Assembly (NCBI GenBank): GCA_024542985.1
Contig: JAMXCX010000002.1
Coordinates: 1 to 63,979, forward strand
Direction: 5' to 3'
From: Candidatus Omnitrophota bacterium
GTDB lineage: Bacteria > Omnitrophota > Gorgyraeia > Duberdicusellales > 4484-171
DNA length: 63,979 nt
In this document: in pieces, positions 8,788 through 17,856 of the stretch
How the letters are laid out: every line of letters begins with the position of its first letter
Position numbering within the stretch: position 1 is the first letter of the stretch
Position numbers and translations under genes: made by a program
The notes under the pieces: model-generated
What the model was told of the DNA's origin: nothing
Databases searched by the model: none
What the model saw: only the letters and a program-made list of their open reading frames with translations

Positions 8788-8881
8788 TATTTGACCTCCT
8801 TCATTATGGGGTTACGAAGCAAGGGATACTGATTATGAGAAAAAAGATATAATATTCGTTACACGTATCCTGTAATCCGCA

Positions 8882-10288
8882 CTATATTGGTAAAGTAAAA
8901 ATAAATTTTGCTCCTTGGCCCTTATCGCTCTCTACCCAAATTCTGCCTCCATGCAGCTCTACTATTTCTTTAGCAATTGACAAACCTATACCTGTCCCGT
9001 TTATATCGGTAGAAGACCTTTCCCCAGACTGATAGAATTTATTAAAAACCTTATCCAAATCTTCTTTTGCTATCCCGGGGCCGCTATCTTGTGAACTAAC
9101 CTCTAGTTCTTTTTTATCCCTGCCTAAGACAGCCTCAACAGTAATAATACCTCCTGCAGGGGTAAATTTGATAGCATTGCCGATTAAATTTATTAAAACC
9201 TGGATTATTCTATTATGTTCTATGTTAATTTTTGGCAAAGATAAAGGAATCTTTTGCTCAATTTTAATTGACTTTGTACCAGCCCAAGCCTTCAAAGTTC
9301 CAACAGCTTCATTAATTGTATTTTCGATTGATGAAAGCTGCCGCTTAATTCCCATTTTTTTGGCTTCAAGTTTAGACAAATCAAGCAAATCATTGATAAG
9401 AAGACTTAATCTTTTTAAATTACGGTCAGCAATATCAAGAAATTTCTCTTGAGTGGCATTTATCTCTCCGGTAGCTTTACTTAAAATCAGAGAAATTGAT
9501 TTTTCAATAGCTACAAAGGGAGTACGTAACTCATGGGTTACGTTAGCGACAAAATTAGTCTTCAACCTATCTAATTCTTTCTGCTTAGTTATATCGCTCA
9601 AAACAGACACCATACCTACGGTCTGGCCGTTTTCATCCTCTACAACCGCACTGCTTGCTCGCAAAATCTTCTTAGTCTCATCGTCCGGGCTCGTAATCTC
9701 TATTTCCCTACTTTCTGCTGAACCTTTAGCTAAAGAAACCAGTTTATCTTCACTCAAGCCATCTAAAAGAGACTCACCAATTTTATCCTCCCTTGAAGTA
9801 TCAAGAAGTTTCTCTGCCGCAGGATTCATCATTATTACCTTACCTTTAGCATCAACCACGACCAATCCTTCGGCGATGCTACGAACAACAGCCTCTGTTC
9901 TTTTCTTATCATCAAGAACTTTATTGTACTTATCCCAAGCAAGCTCTTCATTTTGGACGTGTTGTTCAATCGCATCGTCATACTTTTGGCGTATCTGTTC
10001 CCTATCTAATTCTACCCGTTTTTGCAATTCTTTCTCTAAAACGTTTGATGCCTTTCGGGCAATTTCTAAGCTTTGCTGTTCCGTCTTTACTACCCCTTTA
10101 ATCTCCTGAAACAAAACCTTCCTTAGGCCATCATCATCCAGAGAAGATGAATCATCATTGGTTCCTGTTAATTTTGTATAATCTTTTGTTCTTGCTCGGG
10201 CTGACCGCCGAGCGAAATTAGCCAAAATTGCAGCCGCAATTATACTGAGGACTGCTGTCACTATATATACTATAACTATAAATTCCAT
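8882..10288 (-). CDS. PAS-domain sensor histidine kinase
   Basis: N-terminal TM helix, coiled coil, PAS. H-box THELRTPF, N-box LINLIGNAIKFT, G-boxes DSGPGI and GTGIGLSIAK. Confidence 0.9.
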   Translation of the reverse strand: MEFIVIVYIVTAVLSIIAAAILANFARRSARARTKDYTKLTGTNDDSSSLDDDGLRKVLFQEIKGVVKTEQQSLEIARKASNVLEKELQKRVELDREQIRQKYDDAIEQHVQNEELAWDKYNKVLDDKKRTEAVVRSIAEGLVVVDAKGKVIMMNPAAEKLLDTSREDKIGESLLDGLSEDKLVSLAKGSAESREIEITSPDDETKKILRASSAVVEDENGQTVGMVSVLSDITKQKELDRLKTNFVANVTHELRTPFVAIEKSISLILSKATGEINATQEKFLDIADRNLKRLSLLINDLLDLSKLEAKKMGIKRQLSSIENTINEAVGTLKAWAGTKSIKIEQKIPLSLPKINIEHNRIIQVLINLIGNAIKFTPAGGIITVEAVLGRDKKELEVSSQDSGPGIAKEDLDKVFNKFYQSGERSSTDINGTGIGLSIAKEIVELHGGRIWVESDKGQGAKFIFTLPI

Positions 10289-10403
10289 AATGAATTATAA
10301 AGCAATGGGTTGTTAAATAAATAATATCACAAAGGGTTTATTAATTCAAGAAATTTCAAGGCTTCTAGGTCCAATCTGCTGATTTTAGAAACAGCAAATA
10401 CTA

Positions 10404-10431
10404 TTTACATCGAAGAAAAAAGTCGTACAAT
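10404..10431 (+). promoter_or_regulatory. candidate promoter of comF-lptF-lptG (leaderless geometry)
   Basis: TTTACA (10404-10409), 16 nt, TACAAT (10426-10431). The ATG at 10439 is 7 nt after the -10 and has no SD. Confidence 0.45.
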
Positions 10432-10438
10432 ACACCTT

Positions 10439-11251
10439 ATGTTAACCCCACTAGAAACGCGCCTAGCTAGCCAAAAAGATAACCTTAACGACCCTTGTTA
10501 CGTTAAAAATCAGACGTTTCTAACGGGGCTGAAAGAATATATAACAGCAGCAAAAAATATCTTCTTTCCGCAGCTTTGCATGCCTTGTGGGCAAAAAATC
10601 CTCCGGGGTTACCTTTGTGCCGAATGCCAAGGTAAAATAGTCTTTCTCTCCCCCTCCTTATGCCGATATTGCGCTTTGAGTATTGATAAGAATTTAAACC
10701 AGGTCTGCAAAGGATGTGCCGGTAAAATACACCCTTACGATAGACTTATAAGCGTAACTGTGTATAAAGAGCCAATTGTAAGCTTAATATACCTTTTTAA
10801 GTATAAAAATTATGACTATATTGCCGAACTTCTGGCATCCTTAATGCAAAGGCACTTATTAAAAATAGGGTTTGATGCTTGCGGCTATCATTTTATAACA
10901 TCTGTTGCTATGCATAAACACAAACTAAAAATGAGAGGATATAATCAAGCTGATATTTTAGCGAAATTATTATCAAACTATTTCAAAATCCCTTTCAAAA
11001 ATGATATAATAAACGATACAAATATCCGGTCTTCTCAGACAAAACTTACCTTGTATAAAAGACAAAAGAATGTAAAAGATGCGTTTATTGTAAAAAAAGA
11101 CTTAAAAAATAAAAGGATAATTCTTGTTGATGATATCTTCACAACTGGAGCAACTATTAGATCTTGCTGCCAAGCCTTAAAAAATAAAGGTGCCGAAATA
11201 ATTACGGTATTAACTTTATCAAAAACACAACAGGCAAAAATACTCGCCTAA
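10439..11251 (+). CDS. comF: ComF-family phosphoribosyltransferase
   Basis: N-terminal CxxC...CxxC (CMPCGQ...CAECQ) and PRTase motif ILVDDIFTTGATI. Confidence 0.8.
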   Translation: MLTPLETRLASQKDNLNDPCYVKNQTFLTGLKEYITAAKNIFFPQLCMPCGQKILRGYLCAECQGKIVFLSPSLCRYCALSIDKNLNQVCKGCAGKIHPYDRLISVTVYKEPIVSLIYLFKYKNYDYIAELLASLMQRHLLKIGFDACGYHFITSVAMHKHKLKMRGYNQADILAKLLSNYFKIPFKNDIINDTNIRSSQTKLTLYKRQKNVKDAFIVKKDLKNKRIILVDDIFTTGATIRSCCQALKNKGAEIITVLTLSKTQQAKILA

Positions 11252-11261
11252 AAATATTAAT

Positions 11262-12353
11262 ATGAAGATACTACGAAATTACATTCTTAGAGACTTTTTT
11301 TCAATATTCATATTTTCTCTTCTTATTCTAAGCATGGTAATGCTTATGGGTAATATGATGAAAATATCGGATATGGTAATACGAAAAGGCGTAAGCATTA
11401 CTGACGCTTTAAAAATATTTTCCTTCTTTGTTCCCTACCTCCTAGGCTTTACTATCCCCCTAGCTTTTCTGTTAGGAGTATTATTGACCATGGGAAGGCT
11501 GATAGCTGATAATGAAATTACAGCTATAGGCACTGCCGGGATAGCCGTTTCCAGAATTTTAAAAGTTTTTCTAATACTCGGCGTTATATTTTCTCTTTTT
11601 CTATTTATCTTGAACGATAGGGTTATACCTAATTTCCACTACCGCTATCGTAAACAAATAAAAAATATTTATTCAAAGAATATTTCCGGATTAATTGAAC
11701 CGGGTGTATTCTTAGAAAATTTCAAAAACTACATCCTTTATGTGTCGGATAAAAACGAAAATAAACTGAAGAATATCTTTATCTACGAAGTCGACGAAAA
11801 AAATACAACGAGTAAGGTAACTTTCGCAAAACGAGGAGAATTTATAGTTGAAGGCGACACTCTAAAAATAAAGCTTGAAGACGGTTTCCGGGATGAAACA
11901 ATCTCTAAAGATAAGATGGAGCTTTATCGGTTAAACTTTAAAATATTCTTCATGGATATACCTATTAATAAAAAGGAAAAGGTGAAGGTAAATAAAAAAG
12001 CTGCCGACATGAGGCTTAAAGAATTACTGGAAAAAATAAACCATCTTAAAAAACTGGGTATTGACCCGGCAGAATTGCAAGGAGAATTTCACAAAAGGAT
12101 AAGCTTTTCGTTCTCAGTTATTGCTTTTATCATTCTTGGTTTTGGAGTATCTTTAGTGGTAAAACACAGAGAGAAATCTATAAACTTTGGCATTGCATTA
12201 TTCGTTGCTGGAATGTATTATTTGTTATTTGTTATGGGAGAAGCACTCATCGAGCACCACTTAATCATACCCTATATAGGAATGTGGCTGCCTAATATAA
12301 TAGTAATTGCCATAGGAGGGCTCTTAATTTTTAAGAATGCGCGTTTTAGATAA
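11262..12353 (+). CDS. lptF: LPS export permease LptF (YjgP/YjgQ family)
   Basis: 363 aa with six predicted TM segments and a central periplasmic domain. Paired with a paralogue directly downstream. Confidence 0.8.
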   Translation: MKILRNYILRDFFSIFIFSLLILSMVMLMGNMMKISDMVIRKGVSITDALKIFSFFVPYLLGFTIPLAFLLGVLLTMGRLIADNEITAIGTAGIAVSRILKVFLILGVIFSLFLFILNDRVIPNFHYRYRKQIKNIYSKNISGLIEPGVFLENFKNYILYVSDKNENKLKNIFIYEVDEKNTTSKVTFAKRGEFIVEGDTLKIKLEDGFRDETISKDKMELYRLNFKIFFMDIPINKKEKVKVNKKAADMRLKELLEKINHLKKLGIDPAELQGEFHKRISFSFSVIAFIILGFGVSLVVKHREKSINFGIALFVAGMYYLLFVMGEALIEHHLIIPYIGMWLPNIIVIAIGGLLIFKNARFR

Positions 12354-13425
12354 ATATATAGTAAAACACGTTGCCTCAGGATATTTTTTTATCCTTTTAA
12401 CATTTATCGGTCTATACCTCATAATCGACCTCTTTTCCAACCTTTCTGATATATTAAAAACAAAACCCCCTTTAGCAATCCTTGGGCAATATTATTTGAA
12501 TTCTCTACCTTTAATAATATCGCGGGTAAGCCCACCATCTATTCTTATAAGCACACTTTATACCTTCGGAGAACTAAATAAAAACAATGAAATTATAAGC
12601 ATAAGAGCATCCGGGCTAAGTGTCTTAAGAATCGCTACGCCTGTTATATTTTTTTCTTTGCTTATCTCTGTATCTGTATTCTCTATGCAAGAAAAAATAC
12701 TCATACATTCCCAAAAAAAAATTGAAGATATAAAATCTCGTTTTATAAAAAATAAAATTGCTCTTGTCTCTGAAGAAAGAAACCTTGCTTTCACTTCCGG
12801 AGATATGATATTTTTTGTGGAAAAATTTATACCGAAGACAAAAACCTTACAGAATGTGATAATTTTTAAAGAAGACGAAAATAGAAATATTGTCAAAAAA
12901 ATAATCTGCAAAAGTATAATATACGAATACGATTTCTGGATAGCCCAAGATGTTATAGAGTATAGCCTCAATGAAAAAGGAGATATCTCTGATATACCTG
13001 TTAATTTAAGCACAAAAAAAATTGGCCTAAAAGAGAAACCCCATGAACTTATCTTAAAAAGAAGTATTTTTTCTCAGTATGCTTCCTTAAGCAGTTTGAG
13101 GGGTAAGATTGAAAGGCTGAAAAAAATAAAATCAGGCAACCTATTATCAAACTTGGTTATCGACTACTATCAAAAAATAGCAGAACCATTCTCGCATTTT
13201 TTTCTCGTTATGGGAATTTTGCCCTTAGCTTTAGAAATAAAAAAGAGGAAAGTTGGGCTTTCCTCTTTAGGGGTAGGTCTAATATTTTATATTATCTATT
13301 ATACTTTTTCTTCCTTCAGTGTTGCTTTAGGAAAATCGGGAATTATTCTGCCAATTCTTAGCGCTTGGCTTACTCCGCTGTTTTTCTTAACTGTGGGCAT
13401 AACCGGACTTAGCCTAACGCGATAA
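12337..13425 (+). CDS. lptG: LPS export permease LptG (YjgP/YjgQ family)
   Basis: Begins MRVLDKYI, typical of the family. Same architecture as lptF. 17-nt overlap with lptF. Confidence 0.8.
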   Translation: MRVLDKYIVKHVASGYFFILLTFIGLYLIIDLFSNLSDILKTKPPLAILGQYYLNSLPLIISRVSPPSILISTLYTFGELNKNNEIISIRASGLSVLRIATPVIFFSLLISVSVFSMQEKILIHSQKKIEDIKSRFIKNKIALVSEERNLAFTSGDMIFFVEKFIPKTKTLQNVIIFKEDENRNIVKKIICKSIIYEYDFWIAQDVIEYSLNEKGDISDIPVNLSTKKIGLKEKPHELILKRSIFSQYASLSSLRGKIERLKKIKSGNLLSNLVIDYYQKIAEPFSHFFLVMGILPLALEIKKRKVGLSSLGVGLIFYIIYYTFSSFSVALGKSGIILPILSAWLTPLFFLTVGITGLSLTR

Positions 13426-13444
13426 TTCTATACCGATATTTTTC

Positions 13445-13951
13445 TTACCAAAATTTTTCGCTAAATTTCTTATCCAATTCCTTAAACATGCCAAAAAAAC
13501 CACCTGTTCTGCCTTGGTAAGGTTCGTAAGTATCATAAGGCGGAACTAGAAAAAAAGCGGTATTAATAGCCCCCTCAACAGAATCCCTGACTACTAATGC
13601 TGTCCCCACAGTAGTACCTAGAATTAAACCGGCAAAAGGATCGTATCTTTGCGAATAAGAACTTATAGCCATAGGTATCTCTGTCCAGCTAAGAGCCATC
13701 TGGCTTATACCTCCGGCTAATTTAGTTACTGGACCGCTCACATAATCTTGCCGGTAATAATCCTTGCGTGAATAATCAGGGTAGCTTTCCCGATAATAAT
13801 CCCTGCGTGAATAATCAGGATAACTCTTCCGGCAATAAGACCTGCGTGAATAACTAGACTTTCTGTGTCTATATTTTTTGTGAGCATAAGCTTGGCCTGA
13901 TAATACCAACATTACTAGCACTAATGTCAAAATGGTTACTTTTCTAAACAT
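13445..13951 (-). CDS. secreted protein with Arg/Tyr/Ser-rich repeats and an exosortase-associated (TIGR04073-like) C-domain
   Basis: Start moved to the ATG at 13951, after the SD gggaggtg. Signal peptide, then the duplicated segment SYPDYSR(R/K)DYYR. The C-terminal KLAGGISQMALSWTEIP...GAINTAFFLVPPYDTYEP matches my recollection of the TIGR04073 pattern. Confidence 0.55.
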   Translation of the reverse strand: MFRKVTILTLVLVMLVLSGQAYAHKKYRHRKSSYSRRSYCRKSYPDYSRRDYYRESYPDYSRKDYYRQDYVSGPVTKLAGGISQMALSWTEIPMAISSYSQRYDPFAGLILGTTVGTALVVRDSVEGAINTAFFLVPPYDTYEPYQGRTGGFFGMFKELDKKFSEKFW

Positions 13952-13980
13952 ATCCACCTCCCTTTTGGGTTTTACCCGCT

Positions 13981-14014
13981 AAAAAATAAAAAACCCCATA
14001 GCCTAGACTATGGG
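13981..14014 (-). terminator. rho-independent terminator
   Basis: The minus-strand RNA forms the hairpin cccatag-tctagg-ctatggg, followed by gttttttatttttt. Lies about 220 nt after the alr stop. Confidence 0.65.
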
Positions 14015-14236
14015 TATGTTTTTAAAATAATGATTTTTTTCCGGTAGCTGACTGCCCTAGCTAAATATAGCCTTAGGCTCTTTTAAGCTTTGCGTTATCA
14101 CCTTTTCAGGTGCTTTGCCTTTATCGAAAAGCTCTATTTTAAAGAACAATTTTGAACATATTCTATATACCATATATTTTTAATAATTTCAAGAATAGCG
14201 TATAAAATCATCTTAGGAAGATAGCTAAAAAGGTCG

Positions 14237-15379
14237 CTATTGTCCCTTTTTTTTACCTATCCATCTGGAAGAAAAAGAGTTGTACACTCGGGGTATCTTT
14301 AAAGACAAACGGCTGACGATCTCATAAGGTATGGTCTTTGCCCATTGGGCCAAATCTTCAGGCCTTATTCTAGCGGTTTTAGCCTTGCCAATTAAAATAA
14401 CTTCCTGGCCAATTTTAATATCCTTGCTATCTCCTAAATCTATCATTACATGGTCCATGCAAACTCTTCCGGCGATGTTAAAGAAGCTATTGTTAATTAT
14501 CACTTTACCGCGATTTGATAAAGACCAGGGATAACCATCGGCATAACCTACTGCTACAGTGGCTATTGCTTTAGGCTTATCGGCAATATAAGTCCTTCCA
14601 TAGCTTACCCCTCTACCTCTATCTATTCTTTTAACGAAAATCACCTTCGATTTTAAAGAAAGAATCGGCTTTATATCTAAGCCAAGGTTTGGTGAAGGCT
14701 TAACGCCATAAAGAACTAACCCCGGCCTGACCATATTAAAATGGGCCTTAGGGTAATTTATTATGCCAAGGCTATTAGCGCAATGACAAAACCTAAAAAA
14801 AATACCCTCTTTTTTCAACTCCCTAATAAAACCATTGAAGGCTACTATCTGATAATTGGTAAATTCCGGATCGCTGTCAGCAACTGGAAAATGCGTATAA
14901 ATCCCCTCTAAAGATATGTTCTTTAACTTACTTAATTTTTTAATAAAGACCCGAGCTTTTTTATAATAAAGGCCTAATCTGCCCATACCAGTATCTATTT
15001 TTACGTGAGCGGAAACTGTCTTTCCTCTCCTTAGAGCTTCGGCATTTAGCTTCTTAGCGAATTCTAAATCTACTATGGTAGGAATCAAATCATACTGTAA
15101 AAAATAAGTAACAAATTTGTCTAATATCGCGCTAAGAATAATTATAGAACCCCTGAAACCATCTTCTCTTAAAGAAATAGCTTCTTCTATATCACCTAAG
15201 CCAAAGAAATCAATTCCCGCTCTAGCTAATTCTCTGGCAACAGGAACTAAACCATGTCCATAGGCCGATTGCTTTATCGTCGCAATTATTTTAACTTCAG
15301 GTTCCATGTGATTTTTAACAACTTCGAGATTATGCCTCAAAGCTTTTAAGTCAACTTCTATCCATAGCGGCCGTATCAT
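14237..15379 (-). CDS. alr: alanine racemase
   Basis: PLP-lysine motif ATIKQSAYGHG. Length and a C-terminal beta domain with VCMDHVMIDL. Confidence 0.9.
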   Translation of the reverse strand: MIRPLWIEVDLKALRHNLEVVKNHMEPEVKIIATIKQSAYGHGLVPVARELARAGIDFFGLGDIEEAISLREDGFRGSIIILSAILDKFVTYFLQYDLIPTIVDLEFAKKLNAEALRRGKTVSAHVKIDTGMGRLGLYYKKARVFIKKLSKLKNISLEGIYTHFPVADSDPEFTNYQIVAFNGFIRELKKEGIFFRFCHCANSLGIINYPKAHFNMVRPGLVLYGVKPSPNLGLDIKPILSLKSKVIFVKRIDRGRGVSYGRTYIADKPKAIATVAVGYADGYPWSLSNRGKVIINNSFFNIAGRVCMDHVMIDLGDSKDIKIGQEVILIGKAKTARIRPEDLAQWAKTIPYEIVSRLSLKIPRVYNSFSSRWIGKKKGQ

Positions 15380-15388
15380 GTTCTTAGT

Positions 15389-15406
15389 CCTAAGTTATAA
15401 GTCATA
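15389..15406. repeat. short heptad array in opposite orientation (cctaagttataagtcata)
   Basis: TAAGTT/TAAGTC heptads 10 nt upstream of the alr ATG, inverted relative to 15527-15710. Confidence 0.6.
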
Positions 15407-15526
15407 TAGTGACGATAAATACATTTTTTAAATACTTTAATGCTCAATTCAATAACAAGCATACGATTCTCTTGCGACTCTAAAAGCCATTACTCACAAT
15501 TTATCTATTACTTTATCTTTTCTTAT

Positions 15527-15710
15527 TTCTCTCCATCTTAGCTTGTAGCTTATAACTTATTACTTATAGCTCTTTTAGCTTATAGCTTACAACTTGCAAC
15601 TTATAGCTCTTTTAGCTTACAGCTTTCCCCTCTTCTCTCGTTTCTTTTCTTATTTTTCTCCATCTTAGCTTTTAGCTTATAACTTATTACTTATAGCTCT
15701 TTTAGCTTAT
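15527..15710. repeat. heptad-array repeat block with a 53-nt direct duplication
   Basis: ctccatcttagctt(g/t)tagcttataacttattacttatagctcttttagcttat occurs at 15531-15583 and 15658-15710. The 21-mer acttatagctcttttagctta occurs at 15562, 15599 and 15689. Confidence 0.9.
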
Positions 15711-16374
15711 TCCTTATTTGGCAAGTTTTGGGATGTAAATATAAAGGTTCTAATTTCTCAACAGAAATAAATTTACGGTTTTTATAATGAACTTTTGCAG
15801 GTAATAATAAATACCGGGCCTTAGGATAAACATCTTTGGGGTAAAAATCTATATTGCCATCTCGCTCTAAAGCCTGCTTTCGTAAATGAGAATTATGAGT
15901 AATAAATAAGTGATTCCTTTTCTGCCGGATAATATCCTCTAGTTTGACTAGGTATTCTTTTCCATTACTTTGAAGGGTATTATTCTTTGGCTTAAAACAA
16001 GCAGCATATATTAATCCTTTACGGGCATCGGAGATAACAGCTATTCTTCTCTGAGCATTGCGGAAAGGATAGGCACAAGAAAAAAAACTGGACACTGCTA
16101 TTACTGGTTTTTTAGTGGCCAACATAAAAGCTTTGATTATGCTAAAAGATATCCGTAAACCGGTAAATGAACCCGGCCCCGAGCCGATAACAAAAGCGTC
16201 AAAATCAGACAGACTCAAGGCAATTTTCTCTAGGTTTTTCTTAATGTAACCAATGAGCTTGGTTGCGCCAAATTGCATTCGGCGATTATAGTCAGCGGCG
16301 ACTTGGCCTTCCTTCATTATGCAAAGAGAAATATTCTCTGTTGAGGCATCAATAGCTAAGATATTCATAAACAT
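15691..16374 (-). CDS. tsaB: tRNA t6A biosynthesis protein TsaB
   Basis: N-terminal NILAIDAS and GPGSFTGLRI motifs. The start could be the ATG at 16368. The last six codons and the stop lie inside a repeat copy. Confidence 0.85.
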   Translation of the reverse strand: MFMNILAIDASTENISLCIMKEGQVAADYNRRMQFGATKLIGYIKKNLEKIALSLSDFDAFVIGSGPGSFTGLRISFSIIKAFMLATKKPVIAVSSFFSCAYPFRNAQRRIAVISDARKGLIYAACFKPKNNTLQSNGKEYLVKLEDIIRQKRNHLFITHNSHLRKQALERDGNIDFYPKDVYPKARYLLLPAKVHYKNRKFISVEKLEPLYLHPKTCQIRNKLKEL

Positions 16375-16409
16375 TATTGGGGACTCTATTGAGAGACAAC
16401 GTCCTTTTT

Positions 16410-16943
16410 TTATGAAGCCTTTATGCTTAAAAAGGACTCTGCCCCCTTCTTGCCCTTCTTCCTTATTTTTACGGCTTTAAGTATGGATTCAATTTTAGAC
16501 CTTTTATAACCTTTTGTAGAAAATATTAAACAACGTTTATTTTCTGCTGAGAATAAAAACTTTACTTGGATGTATCGGAGTAAATCTTTCTTTATTTTAT
16601 TTCCCCATTCAATTAAAGATATACTTTTCTGAGAATAAAATAAATCCTCAGCCCCTAAATCAAATAAGTCAGCTGCATCTATTCGATAAAGGTCGAAGTG
16701 ATAAATTAGTAAATTCTTCAAACTATACTGGCGTATTAAAGTAAAAGAAGGACTTAAAACTCTTCTTTTAAAATTAAACCCTTTTAATATGCCTTTGACA
16801 AAAGTAGTTTTACCTCCTCCCAAATCTCCCTCTAAAATAACTATATCTTTGGCTTCTAGGGCTTGCGAAAAAGCTTCTCCGCAATCGATTGTTTCTTGAC
16901 AAGAATTGCTTCTTATATTAATCATTGCAGGTAAAGAAATCAA
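16410..16943 (-). CDS. tsaE: tRNA t6A ATPase TsaE
   Basis: P-loop GDLGGGKTTFVKG. The track start is a TTG overlapping the thiL stop. An alternative ATG lies at 16925. Confidence 0.8.
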   Translation of the reverse strand: MISLPAMINIRSNSCQETIDCGEAFSQALEAKDIVILEGDLGGGKTTFVKGILKGFNFKRRVLSPSFTLIRQYSLKNLLIYHFDLYRIDAADLFDLGAEDLFYSQKSISLIEWGNKIKKDLLRYIQVKFLFSAENKRCLIFSTKGYKRSKIESILKAVKIRKKGKKGAESFLSIKAS

Positions 16944-17827
16944 AAATGACTGTATCCTTTAATTTTAACATCAAATAAACCGGTTTTCCTCCTCAGCTTA
17001 TACCCAAAACTTTCCGGTTTTACCCGCCCTATTAAATAGAATTTTTTTTCTAGAAAATTTAAGTTTTTTTCTTTACTATCCACAGTAAAAATCAATTCGT
17101 AATCCTCTCCGCGATAAAAATCTCTTTCTCCGTTTTTAGATGGTATTTTATCCTGATAGATAACAGTACCCTTTTTACTCGCTTCTATTATGCGGTAAAG
17201 ATCTATGATAAAACCATCTGATATATCAATCATGGCATTTATTTTAAAGTTTCTGGTTAACTCCTGAGATTCTTTGACCCGAGGGCTAAAGGGAGCATTA
17301 AACTTTCTTTGGCCTAATTTACCACTTAAAAAAATATAATCCCCTACCTTAGCTGTGCTTCTTGATATGAATTTTCTAGCCTCACCCACACCCCAGATAT
17401 CTAAAAATAATTCCTTAGCCCGTGATGTATCTCCGCCTACCAGAGAAAATTTATATTTTCTAGAATATTCAATAATCCCCGATAATATTTTTTTTAAATT
17501 CTTCTTATCTATATAATCGGGAAAACCTGCTGATACGCCGATAAATTTAGGCACTCCGCCGCAAGCAGCAAAATCAGAAAGCACTCTAGCTACGGCTCTC
17601 ATTCCTAAAGACTTAAAACTCATGCTCTTTCTTTTAAAATGGATACCCTCTATGAACAAATCACTCTTAAGAAGTAACTTTTGCCGGCCAGCTTTAACTA
17701 ACGCACAATCATCTCCTATGCCTACTAAAATATTTTTGGATTTAGGAGAATTGTTCTTTAAAAAATTTACCCACTCTAGCTCTCTGAACTGCATAAAATC
17801 TTCTGCGCTTTTTTTCCAGGCATCCAA
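16940..17827 (-). CDS. thiL: thiamine-monophosphate kinase
   Basis: GIGDDCALV and DLFIEGIHF motifs (AIR-synthase-like fold). The true start may be the internal ATG at 17794 (MQFRELEW). Confidence 0.85.
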   Translation of the reverse strand: MDAWKKSAEDFMQFRELEWVNFLKNNSPKSKNILVGIGDDCALVKAGRQKLLLKSDLFIEGIHFKRKSMSFKSLGMRAVARVLSDFAACGGVPKFIGVSAGFPDYIDKKNLKKILSGIIEYSRKYKFSLVGGDTSRAKELFLDIWGVGEARKFISRSTAKVGDYIFLSGKLGQRKFNAPFSPRVKESQELTRNFKINAMIDISDGFIIDLYRIIEASKKGTVIYQDKIPSKNGERDFYRGEDYELIFTVDSKEKNLNFLEKKFYLIGRVKPESFGYKLRRKTGLFDVKIKGYSHF

Positions 17828-17856
17828 ATTTCTAAATACTTTTGCCTACTTAGGAC

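Noticed and set aside
9453-10109. 218-aa plus-strand ORF inside the histidine kinase gene. Similar long antisense ORFs occur at 46661..47188, 12558..13013, 37384..37806 and 4528..4926.
   Set aside because: These have Ser/Leu/Phe-rich antisense-type composition and overlap genes with clear catalytic motifs. They are typical shadow ORFs of Lys/Glu-rich AT-rich coding regions.
10446-10530. Possible second copy of the CCGTTAGAG element, because tctaacgggg is shared with 586-595.
   Set aside because: A shared 10-mer and an imperfect 14-nt inverted repeat are expected by chance in 64 kb. The region is in frame within comF, whose only upstream start is the ATG at 10439.
14040-14236. Considered an SRP (4.5S) RNA, 6S RNA or other known small RNA.
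   Set aside because: The GNRA hairpin lacks the flanking conserved SRP domain IV loops (GGAA/AGCA context). I recognise no other family signature. It is kept only as an unclassified candidate.
15380-15406. 9-codon upstream ORF (ATGACTTATAACTTAGGACTAAGAACATGA) overlapping the alr start.
   Set aside because: It has no SD and is composed of heptad-array sequence. It is more likely incidental than a regulatory leader peptide.
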